From Legionellaceae bacterium (GTDB taxonomy: Bacteria > Pseudomonadota > Gammaproteobacteria > Legionellales > Legionellaceae), in assembly GCA_030695645.1 (NCBI GenBank), contig JAUYQG010000162.1, forward strand, positions 7,092-71,091: 64,000 bases of DNA, read 5' to 3'. The translations under genes were made by a program, and so were the position numbers. The notes under the pieces are model-generated. The model was not told the DNA's origin. It saw only the letters and a program-made list of their open reading frames with translations, and did not search any database. Each line of letters opens with the position of its first letter. Position 1 is the first letter of the stretch. Below are positions 46,623-57,323 of this stretch, in pieces.

Positions 46623-47774
46623 TTAAGATACCACTTCTGCAGTCTTTGTCTCGACTGTATCCTTATAACGAGCGGTTAAGTAAAACTCACGCACTTTATC
46701 TATGGTGTAATTAATTTCTTCTTCAGTAAGATAAGGATGTGCCGGGAAAGTAATTACTTGTTGTCCATGAGCCTCTGCAACTGGGAAGTCACCTTTTTTA
46801 TATCCTAAGTACTTTGCAGCCGGTTGCATATGCATAGCTATAGGATAATGAATTTTTACCTCTATCCCTGCTTTAGATAAGAAATTAAAAAGTTGATCTC
46901 TGTGTTTAACACGAATCACATAGATATGAAAAACATGATTTACGTCTTTTCTACGGACAGGAACATCAATAAAATCGTTCAGATCAGCAAAAGCTGCATC
47001 ATAACGATGTGCAATCGCAATACGTTTTTTAGTAATTTCCTCTAACTGATTTATTAATCGGTTTGCAATAACCGCCTGAAGAGTATCCATACGGCAATTA
47101 ATACCATACTCCACACAAACATCACGATTTAGCATCCCATGATTCCGATAACGGCGTAGTTTTTCTGCATGCACATCTGAGTGAGTGATAATAACACCCG
47201 CATCAGACCAAACATTTAAATTTTTGAGTGGATGTAAACTAAACGCTGCAAAATCACTCCAGCTCCCGACGGATTGAGTACCAATTCGCCCCATTATAGT
47301 TTGACAAGCATCTTCCACAATGGATAGATTGTGCCTTTTTGCAATTTTAGCAATGCTCGGCATATCAGCAACATTACCCGTATAGTGAACCGGCATAATG
47401 GCTTTGGTTTTAGACGTAATGGCAGCTTCAATTTTTTCAGGATCGATAACGTATCCATTTTCACTATCTACAAAAACGGGAGTCGCTCCAACTTGTACAA
47501 TAGAGCCAACAGTAGCGACAAAAGTATTTGCACAAGTAATCACTTCGTCACCAGGCCCAATCTGTAGCATTTTTAGAGACATGGCCAGGGCATCAGTACC
47601 AGTACCAACACCAATAGCATGAGGTGCATTATGTAACTTAGCAAATCGATCTTCGAATTTTTTTAACTCAGCGCCCAGAGTAAAATCTGTGGTTTTGACA
47701 AAATTACGAATATCCTCAAGATAGGGATCTATATCAGCAAATTGACGTTCTAAATAAGAATAAGGGACACGCAT
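46623..47774 (-). CDS. DegT/DnrJ/EryC1/StrS-family sugar aminotransferase
   Basis: [12 protein letters not shown] start preceded by AAGGAG. GTGTDAL, IVEDACQ and [10 protein letters not shown] (Lys retained). Confidence 0.85.
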   Translation of the reverse strand: MRVPYSYLERQFADIDPYLEDIRNFVKTTDFTLGAELKKFEDRFAKLHNAPHAIGVGTGTDALAMSLKMLQIGPGDEVITCANTFVATVGSIVQVGATPVFVDSENGYVIDPEKIEAAITSKTKAIMPVHYTGNVADMPSIAKIAKRHNLSIVEDACQTIMGRIGTQSVGSWSDFAAFSLHPLKNLNVWSDAGVIITHSDVHAEKLRRYRNHGMLNRDVCVEYGINCRMDTLQAVIANRLINQLEEITKKRIAIAHRYDAAFADLNDFIDVPVRRKDVNHVFHIYVIRVKHRDQLFNFLSKAGIEVKIHYPIAMHMQPAAKYLGYKKGDFPVAEAHGQQVITFPAHPYLTEEEINYTIDKVREFYLTARYKDTVETKTAEVVS

Positions 47775-47787
47775 TGAAAACACTCCT

Positions 47788-48897
47788 TTAATAATAAAAC
47801 TTCTTAACATGTTCAACTATATATTCTTTCTCATCATCTCCCAACTCTGGGTAAATGGGCAAAGAAAGAACCTGACTCGAAATTCGTTCAACATTCGGCA
47901 AGCTACCTGGTACATATTTTAAGTGAGTTCTTGCTATAGGTTGTTGATGAATAGGCACTTTATAATGAATTTTTGTTTCAATTCCTTGTGAAGACAAATA
48001 GTTTTGCAATTCATCTCTATTTTGAGCTTTAATAATATAAGTATGATACACAGAGTGATAATCATCACACAGCGATTTTGGCAAAACAATTTGATCTAGA
48101 TCACGCAAGTGTTCATCGTAATAAGCAGCAATCTGAATACGACTCCTCGTCCAATCTTCAAAATACTTAAACTTAACATTTAATATAGAGGCTTGCATTG
48201 AGTCCAACCGCGAGTTATTACTCCAAACATGGCAGACTCCATCCATGGTCAAACCATTGTGGCGAAGAATTCGTAGCTTTTCAGCTAAGTTAGCATCATC
48301 AGTAACCACCACTCCGGCATCACCGCAAGCATTGAGAGTTTTAAACGGATGGAGGCTAAAACATCCGGCATCACCAAATGTGCCTACTAGTTGATTTTTG
48401 TACTTAGCGGATATTGCTTGAGCACAATCCTCTACAATTTTGAGTCCATGCTTCTCTGCAATGTCACATATACGTTCCATATTACATGGGCGTCCGGTCC
48501 AGTGAACGGGAAGAATCGCCTTGGTTTTGGCTGTGATATGTCGCTCTATTTGCTCGACATCCAAATTATCATCATCACCAATATCAATTAGAATCGGCTT
48601 GGCACCAACCAAAGCAATACTGCTTACTGATGTAACAAAGGAATTAGCTGTCGTAATAACCTCATCACCCTCACCTATGTCCAATGCTTTTAAAGAAAGC
48701 ATCAAGGCATCTGTACCCGAATTTAATCCAATAGCATATTTTTTTCTATGAAATGCAGCAAATGTATTTTCAAATTCTCGTAAATGATCACCAAGAGTAA
48801 AAACACCAGTTTTTAATACATCTTCTAAGGCAATTAATATTTCAGGTATGATATCGGTATACTGCTTGTTTAGTGGCAAATAAGGTATTTTATTCAT
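47788..48897 (-). CDS. DegT/DnrJ/EryC1/StrS-family sugar aminotransferase
   Basis: [19 protein letters not shown] and [12 protein letters not shown] (Lys retained). Paralog of the downstream gene. Confidence 0.85.
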   Translation of the reverse strand: MNKIPYLPLNKQYTDIIPEILIALEDVLKTGVFTLGDHLREFENTFAAFHRKKYAIGLNSGTDALMLSLKALDIGEGDEVITTANSFVTSVSSIALVGAKPILIDIGDDDNLDVEQIERHITAKTKAILPVHWTGRPCNMERICDIAEKHGLKIVEDCAQAISAKYKNQLVGTFGDAGCFSLHPFKTLNACGDAGVVVTDDANLAEKLRILRHNGLTMDGVCHVWSNNSRLDSMQASILNVKFKYFEDWTRSRIQIAAYYDEHLRDLDQIVLPKSLCDDYHSVYHTYIIKAQNRDELQNYLSSQGIETKIHYKVPIHQQPIARTHLKYVPGSLPNVERISSQVLSLPIYPELGDDEKEYIVEHVKKFYY

Positions 48898-49087
48898 TAA
48901 GACTCCGCAACAGATAAACTGAACGTATAGATTTCATATGATCGTAATTTATAATTTTTGATTCGGTTCCTGCATCTAATCTGTTGACTAACTCTTACTA
49001 TAATTGCTCAATTAAACTATGAGTTAATCAACAGATCAAACGAAACACATCGGCAAAAGCTAGAAATCATGTCCAAGAAACACATAG

Positions 49088-50074
49088 CTAGGCATGCAAT
49101 ACAAATTCCTGTGATTCTTTATGCAAGTGGTCCAAATACCGTTTTCCCCAATTTGCCATATCACGAACACCCTCTTCCAAAGAAATATCTTGCCTCCAAC
49201 CTAATTTCTTAATTTTGCTACTATCTAGCCAGTATTGTGCATCCTCACCAACTCGACCAGGCGCCAATTTACACACGGAATCAAAATCTACATTCAATTC
49301 TTGTGTAATCATAAACACCAGATCTCTAATAGAAATGGGCACTTCCGGGCCTACATTATAAGTTTCCCCCGTTGGTGCATTCTTGGCAACGATATAAATT
49401 GCTTGAGCCAAGTCTCTAGCATGAAAATACGATTTCTTTACTTTCCCACCGCCTTCTAGAGGGAATGTTTGGCCTGTCAATATATTATAGATTAACCGAG
49501 GGATTACCCTCCAAATTTGCTGTCCTGGTCCGTACGCATTAGACGGTCGAATAATATTCATCGGTAATTTATTGACAAGGTGCAGAGTCTCCAAATGCAT
49601 ATCCGCCGCCAATTTTGAAACAGCATAAGGACTCGTTGGATATACTGGGAATTTTTCATCGGCAGGTCGATCAACAGAACCATATAACTCCGACGTGCCA
49701 ATTTGTATAAATTTCTTTAAAAAAGATCGTGTGCTTAACGCTTCACATAAACGAACAACTGCTAGCAAGTTGGTTTCATAGTATCGATACGATTTATCCC
49801 AGGATGTTGCATAAGCAAGTGCCGCAAAATTGATAATATAATCTGGCTTTTCTTTGTCAATCAGTTCCAACAGTCGATCGAGTTCAAACGTCATGTGAAT
49901 TTGACGATATATGTATCTTGGATCTGCCACACCAATATTGAGTGTATAGGCGGGGCTTCTTTCTAAATTACGACCGACACTAATTACTTTTTTTGTATCG
50001 GGCTGTTCCAGCAAATAAGATGCAGTATGAACTCCGAACACTCCTGCTCCACCGATTAACAAATAACTTGACAT
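49088..50074 (-). CDS. NDP-sugar 4,6-dehydratase/epimerase (extended SDR)
   Basis: MSSYLLIGGAGVFG start preceded by AAGGAG. YAVSK catalytic motif. The track N-terminal extension (to 50203) is repeat sequence. Paralog of 52600..53592. Confidence 0.85.
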   Translation of the reverse strand: MSSYLLIGGAGVFGVHTASYLLEQPDTKKVISVGRNLERSPAYTLNIGVADPRYIYRQIHMTFELDRLLELIDKEKPDYIINFAALAYATSWDKSYRYYETNLLAVVRLCEALSTRSFLKKFIQIGTSELYGSVDRPADEKFPVYPTSPYAVSKLAADMHLETLHLVNKLPMNIIRPSNAYGPGQQIWRVIPRLIYNILTGQTFPLEGGGKVKKSYFHARDLAQAIYIVAKNAPTGETYNVGPEVPISIRDLVFMITQELNVDFDSVCKLAPGRVGEDAQYWLDSSKIKKLGWRQDISLEEGVRDMANWGKRYLDHLHKESQEFVLHA

Positions 50075-50109
50075 AATTTTCAACTCCTTTTTATTGAGAT
50101 TTAATACAA

Positions 50110-50332
50110 TTGGACTTTGGACAGAAAGACATGAAAAAGGCCTCATGTCTTTCTGTCCAAGAAACTTGAGATCTATTACCCTCAAACAGTTCATTAATTG
50201 CACTATATGAAACTATTTTCATAAAATAGATCGATTCCACCCAATAATAGATGTCTGTAAATTTCACAAATCTGAAATTATTTGGACGGAATTGCATGCG
50301 TTTTTTTGCATGCGGTTTTGTCCAAAGTCCAA
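50110..50332. repeat. full-length two-hairpin palindromic (MITE-like) element, core type II
   Basis: Reverse complement of 33930..34150, with only scattered mismatches by eye. Both termini are intact. Confidence 0.9.
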
Positions 50333-50459
50333 ATACAACATCCTATTGGTTTTATCGACAAATCGTCGATACCGAAATCTGTACTATCAACAGATTCGAG
50401 TCTTGCAAAAGTACGCCATCAGCGAAGTCTATTGCCACCGCACTTTTTTTATCATTAAA

Positions 50460-51518
50460 TCAAAACGGCCCTTCAAACCAATCCCCTGGCACATCTCTTG
50501 GGTACTGATTACGTATGTCTCTTATGGGTTGAATATCAATAGTCAAAGAAAGCATTTGACATATTGTCTCTGCTATATCATCGCTGTACGTATACATTGG
50601 ATTGGCTAATACTGGAGACGTAAGAACAGGATAGTCAGGTATAGCCATGCGGCGGGGGGGAGCCGTCAATTCGGAAAAACAATCCATAGTTACCTTAGCA
50701 ATAATTTCACTAGCCACTGAACAAAATTCAGATCCTGTGTCTAATACCAATAACTTACCCGTCTTTCTGACTGACGCGTAAATTGTATCCCAGTCAAGCG
50801 GCTTAATAGTCCTTAAATCAATAAGATCACAAGAAACACCGCGCTCCTGTAAGAATTCCACGGCATGCAATGCCTCAATGGTCATATAAGACATTGAAAC
50901 AACAGTAATATCCGATCCTTCAATGACCGTTTTCGCCTTCCCAAGAGGTACAAATTTATATGGGTTAGCAGATTGATTTGCTTTAATATTGTGTAACCAG
51001 CGATGCTCGATAAAAATCACGGGATTATTATCAAAAATACTAGACAACAATAAACCATACACATCTTCAGCCAAGGAGGGCATAACAACTTTCAAGCCTG
51101 GAATCTGTGCAAAACAAGATTGCAAACTTTGACAATGCGTGGGACCTTGACCCCACCCGCGACCAACTATCACTCGCGTCGTTAATGAAATCGGCATCGT
51201 ACCCGCAAAAACATTATTCCATTTTGCTGCACCATTTATAATTTGGTCCATTGCGAGCAAAATAAAATCCAAACGATTATGCGAAAATATAGGGCGGAAT
51301 CCATTAATTGAAAGGCCAATACCGACCCCAGTAAGTGCATTTTCAGACGTTGGAATATCGAAAACTCGATCGTCACCAAACTCCTCAACATGCCCGGTAG
51401 TCGCGCCAAATAAACGAGACCGGTCATTCATGCCAAGTGCGTAGTGCAGAACCGAACTATCAATTTGCATCGCTTTTTTGAATGCTGCATTCACAAGATG
51501 AATAAATTTATCACTCAA
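50460..51518 (-). CDS. ThDP-dependent dehydrogenase E1 component beta subunit-like (transketolase Pyr and C-terminal domains)
   Basis: FDIPTSENALTGVGIGLSINGFRP and the later transketolase C-terminal pattern. Start proposed at a TTG that overlaps the E1-alpha TGA (TTGA) and is preceded by GAGGGAG. The track starts at 51563. Confidence 0.8.
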   Translation of the reverse strand: MSDKFIHLVNAAFKKAMQIDSSVLHYALGMNDRSRLFGATTGHVEEFGDDRVFDIPTSENALTGVGIGLSINGFRPIFSHNRLDFILLAMDQIINGAAKWNNVFAGTMPISLTTRVIVGRGWGQGPTHCQSLQSCFAQIPGLKVVMPSLAEDVYGLLLSSIFDNNPVIFIEHRWLHNIKANQSANPYKFVPLGKAKTVIEGSDITVVSMSYMTIEALHAVEFLQERGVSCDLIDLRTIKPLDWDTIYASVRKTGKLLVLDTGSEFCSVASEIIAKVTMDCFSELTAPPRRMAIPDYPVLTSPVLANPMYTYSDDIAETICQMLSLTIDIQPIRDIRNQYPRDVPGDWFEGPF

Positions 51519-52558
51519 TTTAATGCTCCCTCTTTTTCTGCAGTTAATATAGTTTCCAACCAATCTAAGTTGCTCTCTGCGTATTGATTTAAAAATCGAT
51601 CCTGCTCAGGTGGAAAAGGGGATTGCTCCGCAAAAGTAAATGCCTTTTTTATCTCATCAAATATTCGAGTATTATCTTTTTCTATCTCGTGTTCCGAAAT
51701 AATGTGTTGCTCAAGAATGTATTTTTTATACACAACAAGAGGATCCTTAGCAAGCCAATAATCAAGCTCTGTTTTCGGTCTATATTTTTCATCCAGATCA
51801 TCTTCATGGCCGCAATGTACTTTATGACGATACGTTAAGAACTCCAGAAACCAGGGTCCACCATTTTTGCGCAAATCGGCAAATATAGTCCCCATGGCAT
51901 CGTAGTAACTTAATACATCATTGCCATCAAACTGTGCCGACTGGGCGCCAATACTTCTTGCAAGCTCGAATATTTGTCTGTTTTTTGGTTGCCGTAAGTT
52001 TAAATGTGTATTGACGGAATACAAATTGTTTTCACAAATAAAAATCACCGGTAGCTTTTTTAATACTGCAAAATTTAAAGACTCGTAAAAAGCGCCTTCC
52101 TCAATCGCCGCATCTCCCAAGAAAATGCAAGTGATGTCATTGCTTTTTTTCAGCTGCTGGGCAAATGCTAAGCCCACTCCCACAGGGATGGTATTTGCAA
52201 TAATTGCTTTGCTCGCAACAAAACCAGCTGATAAATCGCTTAGATTCATTGAGCCACCACGACCACGAGTACACCCGGTTTCTTTACCGTACAATTCAGC
52301 AAGTAAAGCCGACAAGCTTCCACCTTTCGCTAAATAATGCGCGTGCGAGCGATGGGAGCTCACAACCTGATCTGACGGTTTTAAATAGTCACAGACCGCA
52401 ACAGGAATTGCTTCCTGTCCAATGGACAGATGCGTTGGGCAACGCATCTGTCCTTCAGGATACCGTTTCGCGATGGCTTCTTCGATTAAACGAATACGCA
52501 ATATTTCATAAAACAGCTTCTTATGCTTCCAGTTCATTATACTTCGGCTATCCTGCAT
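51515..52558 (-). CDS. ThDP-dependent dehydrogenase E1 component alpha subunit-like
   Basis: HLSIGQEA, SHRSHAHYLAKG, and the GDAAIEEGAFYESLNFA...ENN ThDP-binding motif. Confidence 0.85.
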   Translation of the reverse strand: MQDSRSIMNWKHKKLFYEILRIRLIEEAIAKRYPEGQMRCPTHLSIGQEAIPVAVCDYLKPSDQVVSSHRSHAHYLAKGGSLSALLAELYGKETGCTRGRGGSMNLSDLSAGFVASKAIIANTIPVGVGLAFAQQLKKSNDITCIFLGDAAIEEGAFYESLNFAVLKKLPVIFICENNLYSVNTHLNLRQPKNRQIFELARSIGAQSAQFDGNDVLSYYDAMGTIFADLRKNGGPWFLEFLTYRHKVHCGHEDDLDEKYRPKTELDYWLAKDPLVVYKKYILEQHIISEHEIEKDNTRIFDEIKKAFTFAEQSPFPPEQDRFLNQYAESNLDWLETILTAEKEGALN

Positions 52559-52599
52559 ATTTTTACCCTATTATGTGAAATTAAAGAATATCAAACAAA

Positions 52600-53592
52600 C
52601 TATGCCCGCATTACATATTCCGTTGATAAGCCCTTAAGCTCAGTAAAGTACTGATCTACCCATCCCATCATTTCATTCAAACCTTGAGACCAGTCTATTT
52701 CAGGTGTCCAACCAACATCCTTTTTAATTGCCGAAGAGTTTAACCAATATCGAGAATCCTGCCCTAAGCGGTCTTGGCTCATTTCACATAATTGATCAAA
52801 AGGTAGATTAAGGGTATTAGCACACAACTCTAGAACCTGACGAATAGATGTTGGATTCTCAGATCCTACATTGTAAATTTTACCTAATGGTGCTTTTTCA
52901 GAAACCAAATGAATAGCCCTCGCTAAATCCCGAACATGAATATAGGACTTTTCAGCACGGCCTCCGCCATGAAGAGGTATACGTTTACCCATGCGCCCCA
53001 TCAATAGAGCTTTAGGAATGACCCTATGCAGTGCTTGCCCAGAACAATAAGCATTTGATGGTCGTAAAATATTCATAGGGAAGTTTAAAAATCGATGAAT
53101 AGACATGAGGTGCATATCGAACGCCACTTTAGACGCTGCGTAAGGGCTGGACGGTTTAATTGGCTCTTCTTCAGTACATGGATGCTCAACTGAACCATAC
53201 ATTTCAGATGTGCCAATTTGAATAAAGCGTTCTAACCAATCTCGTTTCATTAATTCTTCAGTCAGTCGAGCTAGCCCCATAGAATTGGTTTCAAAATATC
53301 TCCAGCTGTTTTTCCACGAAACGGCACCTTCACCTTGCGCTGCGTAGTTGATAATAACTTCTGGTTTTTCTCTATCTAATAGCTCCATTAATAAATCAAG
53401 CTCATATGTCAGATGTCGTGCATGATATTCGTAATTTTCACGCTTCTCAATATTAAGAGAAAATGGTTCTGAACGTAACAGATTACGGCCTACTCCTATT
53501 ACTTTTTTTGGATTAGCATGATCTAATAAATACAATGCCGTATGAATTCCAAAAGCTCCACCCCCACCTAACACTACATACGTCTTTCCCAT
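52600..53592 (-). CDS. NDP-sugar 4,6-dehydratase/epimerase (extended SDR)
   Basis: VVLGGGGAFGIHTALYLL, YAASK. Close paralog of 49088..50074. Confidence 0.85.
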   Translation of the reverse strand: MGKTYVVLGGGGAFGIHTALYLLDHANPKKVIGVGRNLLRSEPFSLNIEKRENYEYHARHLTYELDLLMELLDREKPEVIINYAAQGEGAVSWKNSWRYFETNSMGLARLTEELMKRDWLERFIQIGTSEMYGSVEHPCTEEEPIKPSSPYAASKVAFDMHLMSIHRFLNFPMNILRPSNAYCSGQALHRVIPKALLMGRMGKRIPLHGGGRAEKSYIHVRDLARAIHLVSEKAPLGKIYNVGSENPTSIRQVLELCANTLNLPFDQLCEMSQDRLGQDSRYWLNSSAIKKDVGWTPEIDWSQGLNEMMGWVDQYFTELKGLSTEYVMRA

Positions 53593-53634
53593 AACTTTCC
53601 CTCTTCAACGTTTCTAAACCGGTTAATTTATTGA

Positions 53635-54810
53635 TTAGCTCTGCCTTAGAAAGGCAGAGCTAATCAATCCTTTTACTCCGCGCATTTTCCAATATATTCG
53701 TCTTAATAAGTTTTTAAACCACACTGGTAAAATTGGACCCAACAATGAGCGTAAACTTTTAGCTTTTATAATGCTTTCTGTTTTTATACTATTAAGAACT
53801 TCAGCAACAATTAACAAACTGTCACGCTCAACTACAAGCCATTCGTTACATAATTCATCACTATGTAATTTATACGCATTATAAAAATATATTTTTTGTA
53901 GTTCATTCACTAAAATACTCTGTGACATGTTTATGATTGCCTGAAGCTTGTCTTTAAGAGCAGTAATCAGTCCAACTTCTATTCTATCTCTATCATTCGT
54001 CATAGAGTATAATATTATATTGTCAGAGTCTCTTTCTAAATGAATTTTATTAATATTCAAAAAATTTCTTTTAATAAAGTGAGAATCAATGGTTTCATCT
54101 TTATAAAAAATAACGGGTTCCTCACGATCTGAAAAATTAACCATCAAAGGATGCAAATGAAATCCCCGAATTAAAAGTCCCTTTTGCTTCGGAACATTCC
54201 AAGAGACCATCTGTGGCCATTTTGTAAAGCTCTTCCCCGTGTAGTTATAGTTTTTAAACTCAGTATGTAAGCAATCAATTCCAATATCAGCCAGTTTACG
54301 AGACTGAAGAGCGAGCACATCATCGTCTTTTAAATTCATATCGTTAACATACGACATAAATTTTTCTTTAATGACTCTTGGCCCTGGTACTAAAACGACA
54401 TCATTATCTCCCAGTGCATACCTCTCAAGACTTAAGAAAGTTCCATCTGAAATAATACAGTCTGGTAAAAGATAAATTGCGTATGCTTTTTGTGCGTAGC
54501 TAAATTTACTTGCTTGCTCATATCCCATGGTCATTCTGGTGTGAATAGTCTCATCACCACTCATATCAAGTTCTAGAAATACGGGTTGAACATAGGACTC
54601 CAGTTTTTTGAACATGGGGGATGCCGATATTCTTGAAAAATCATCAGTGGTCGTAACAAAAATAAACCTCGATTCGTTTAAGTTATTTAAACCAGGAATA
54701 TTTTGGGGTGACAAAAAACAACGCAAAGAAATCTGCAAAAGCATATCAACGTAGTCATCACCCCACACAACCACAATAAAATAAAATACTGGCTGTTTTT
54801 TTAATTCCAT
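53635..54810 (-). CDS. uncharacterised protein, distant fourth member of the 41051-45343 family
   Basis: MELKKQPVFYFIVVVWGDDYVDMLLQISLRCFLSPQNIPGLNN parallels the NPIYFGVCVWG...NIPALDN N-terminus. LLPDCIIS parallels FPDSIYS. Start at the ATG in a TAATG overlap with the upstream stop. Confidence 0.75.
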   Translation of the reverse strand: MELKKQPVFYFIVVVWGDDYVDMLLQISLRCFLSPQNIPGLNNLNESRFIFVTTTDDFSRISASPMFKKLESYVQPVFLELDMSGDETIHTRMTMGYEQASKFSYAQKAYAIYLLPDCIISDGTFLSLERYALGDNDVVLVPGPRVIKEKFMSYVNDMNLKDDDVLALQSRKLADIGIDCLHTEFKNYNYTGKSFTKWPQMVSWNVPKQKGLLIRGFHLHPLMVNFSDREEPVIFYKDETIDSHFIKRNFLNINKIHLERDSDNIILYSMTNDRDRIEVGLITALKDKLQAIINMSQSILVNELQKIYFYNAYKLHSDELCNEWLVVERDSLLIVAEVLNSIKTESIIKAKSLRSLLGPILPVWFKNLLRRIYWKMRGVKGLISSAFLRQS

Positions 54811-55487
54811 TATTTTCTCATACAACAAAGGCCAATTAGGTAGTGTGCCATCTTATGAAACCCAGTATGCACCACCTCATCATTCATGGAGAATAAAAAC
54901 ACATTGTGAAAGTATTTTTCGAGAAAAGCTTTTAAGTCATGACCACTTTTACAATTAATATGACCCTCTATGCTGGCTGGGGACGCATACTGCTGTGATT
55001 CAAGAGACGGCATACCAATAATGGCCACACCCTGATCAGATAACGATGCCACAATATTTTTCATAAAAGAATCTTCGTGTTGAGTGGAAATATGCTCTAA
55101 AACATCAAGAGAATAAGCACCATCAAATTGTCCAGGAACTGGTGATTTTAATATATCATGTACAAATGATCGGAATGGCCATTTGTCACACATTCTATCA
55201 TTCACATCCGCGATAAAAGCGGGTTCAATATCTATGGCAGTGAGATTTTTAACCTCTTGAACCACGACACGAGTACCAAAAGCATCGGCGCACCCCACTT
55301 CCAATACCTGTTCCTTTCCAGATAACATTTTGCTAACAAACTTATAGCGCGCAAAATGAAATGCAAGACGCCTTGGATCGTCATACCAGGCATAATTTGA
55401 CATTAAACCAAATCGTTGTATACCAACATCGTTCTTGGCATGTAACATCATACTGTTGGCACTATCATTCAGCTCTATATTTTCCAT
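54810..55487 (-). CDS. class I SAM-dependent methyltransferase
   Basis: VLEVGCADAFGT motif I and LDVLEHI motif. Confidence 0.8.
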   Translation of the reverse strand: MENIELNDSANSMMLHAKNDVGIQRFGLMSNYAWYDDPRRLAFHFARYKFVSKMLSGKEQVLEVGCADAFGTRVVVQEVKNLTAIDIEPAFIADVNDRMCDKWPFRSFVHDILKSPVPGQFDGAYSLDVLEHISTQHEDSFMKNIVASLSDQGVAIIGMPSLESQQYASPASIEGHINCKSGHDLKAFLEKYFHNVFLFSMNDEVVHTGFHKMAHYLIGLCCMRK

Positions 55488-55549
55488 TATTTTAAAACCC
55501 TCTTTTTTTTAACTACTGCCAGCAATTAAGAATTAATCTAACTCCCCAG

Positions 55550-55648
55550 GCACGTCATCCAGAGCGCGTCTTTTTGCGCGAAGGATCTCAGATTGTGCCA
55601 AATTCAGGAGATCCTTCGCGCAAAAAGAATGCGCTCTGGATGACGTGC
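55550..55648. repeat. 99-bp palindromic element (GTCATCC..GAGC family)
   Basis: GCACGTCATCCAGAGCGC...CGAAGGATCTC ... GAGATCCTTCG...GCGCTCTGGATGACGTGC. Shares terminus and inner hairpin modules with 63278..63394 and 30324..30482. Confidence 0.85.
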
Positions 55649-55712
55649 TTGCTTCGGGTTCAGTGAAAACACTAAACTTATCCACAAGCTGGGTGGTTAC
55701 GAACTAATTCGT

Positions 55713-56387
55713 TTACTCTAAAACAGTCCAATAATAATCACCGGTATATCCTGTCGTATTAAATAATTTAATCCATTCATCGGGATAATCATGGAACTCT
55801 GCCGTTAACACCCATTCTTCGAACAGTTTTTTTTGTTCTTCTGTGTGGTAACTATCAACCTGAACAAAGCTCTTTCCTTTGGATACTCGTTGAATTTCAT
55901 CTAATGCCTTAGCTACTCCATCTCGTTTAAAATTATGTATGGTATTTATAGAAATTACTGCGTCAAAACAATGATCAGGGAATGGTAATTCATCGGCCGA
56001 ACCGAGATGCAATCTTCCCACCACGTCTGGATGACAATGCTTTAATGCATAGGTAGACAAATCAAGACCGAATACCTCAAGTCCCGGACACACATGCATC
56101 AGATCTCGGACTAAAAACCCTTTTGCACATCCTACGTCCAATACACGGTCACCGGGCTTTAAATCAAAATGCTCTACCATATCGTTTGCAACAGGGATCC
56201 ATCGACCATCATAGCGATAGCCTCCGTAACCGAACTCACGAGGACCATCAAAATACATCTCGCCAAATTGTTTTGCTATGGATATCACATCAGCACTTTT
56301 TCCTTCTTTGCGTACTTGGACATTACGTTTTGCGTTAGGTAGTGCTTTGAGTAAATTGATTTCTTTCATGAAGTTGCCTTGGTTCAA
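55713..56387 (-). CDS. class I SAM-dependent methyltransferase
   Basis: VLDVGCAKGFL motif I and VISINTIHN. The alternative start is an ATG at 56369 (MKEINLLK). Confidence 0.8.
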   Translation of the reverse strand: MNQGNFMKEINLLKALPNAKRNVQVRKEGKSADVISIAKQFGEMYFDGPREFGYGGYRYDGRWIPVANDMVEHFDLKPGDRVLDVGCAKGFLVRDLMHVCPGLEVFGLDLSTYALKHCHPDVVGRLHLGSADELPFPDHCFDAVISINTIHNFKRDGVAKALDEIQRVSKGKSFVQVDSYHTEEQKKLFEEWVLTAEFHDYPDEWIKLFNTTGYTGDYYWTVLE

Positions 56388-56444
56388 TAATTATTGTAGG
56401 TTAGGCCTTGGCTAACAGACCCGTGTATCAGCATCATTTGCGAT

Positions 56445-57323
56445 CTACAAACTTTCACACATTTTCTGTAATCCATCAGTCAATAAGGTATATTGAAAAC
56501 CTGAAAAAGCTTGCTGACAGACTGTATTATCAAACGCTCGATAGCCATTATGTGGCATAGCGCTACTTCGCACACGAAGTTTAATGTCGAGAGATTTGTT
56601 TGTAATCTTCCCAATTAAGTCTGCAATTTGAGCAAAAGAAGCTACTTCACCGGTGGTGATATTTAAAACACCATAACTACGATGCGCCAAACATAAATAG
56701 ATTAACTCAGCTACATCTTCAATATAGACATGATCGCGTTGCTCTTCGCCGAAGCCAAACAACTCGATGGCTTTATCCGATAGAGCTAAACGATAAAAAC
56801 GATTAGGACCATAGCCGTTGTGAGGATCATTCACGCCATACAGCAAACTGGGACGAAGAATTGTCAGTGCGTCTTTACTCACAACGGATTGCAACATGTG
56901 TTCACGTGCAAGGTGCATCGCACCGTGTAAAGACGTAGGTGCGGCCGGCGATGATTCATTTAATTTGCCCATGGAATCTGTGTATACAGCGTCCGAGCTG
57001 ATGTAAATAACCTGTTGAACGGGTTGCTTGATGAGCGCATCACATACAGGCTTCATCATTTGAATGTTTTGTAATAACATATCATGATTTTTACAGGGTG
57101 CTTTGGCGGAAATAACCACTAACGCATCATCTGATCGGAGGAGTTTTACAAGTTGCTCAGCGGCATTGCTATTCGCTAAATCAATATCCTCACGCCCGAT
57201 TGCAACGACCTCAACATCGTCTGCTTCAAGTCGTTTGACAGTCGTTGAACCCACAAAACCCTTGGCTCCTAAGATAACAACGCGTTTGGGCTTTATCGCT
57301 TTATCATTGATATGGTTAAGCAT
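56445..57323 (-). CDS. NAD-dependent epimerase/dehydratase (SDR) family protein
   Basis: VVILGAKGFVGS Rossmann motif. Confidence 0.8.
   Translation of the reverse strand: MLNHINDKAIKPKRVVILGAKGFVGSTTVKRLEADDVEVVAIGREDIDLANSNAAEQLVKLLRSDDALVVISAKAPCKNHDMLLQNIQMMKPVCDALIKQPVQQVIYISSDAVYTDSMGKLNESSPAAPTSLHGAMHLAREHMLQSVVSKDALTILRPSLLYGVNDPHNGYGPNRFYRLALSDKAIELFGFGEEQRDHVYIEDVAELIYLCLAHRSYGVLNITTGEVASFAQIADLIGKITNKSLDIKLRVRSSAMPHNGYRAFDNTVCQQAFSGFQYTLLTDGLQKMCESL

Noticed and set aside
20458..50332. Possibility that the recurring hairpins form a CRISPR array.
   Set aside because: Copies are dispersed over 30 kb between genes and occur in both orientations. They are long and internally palindromic with paired different hairpins, have no regular repeat-spacer periodicity, and no cas genes are present.
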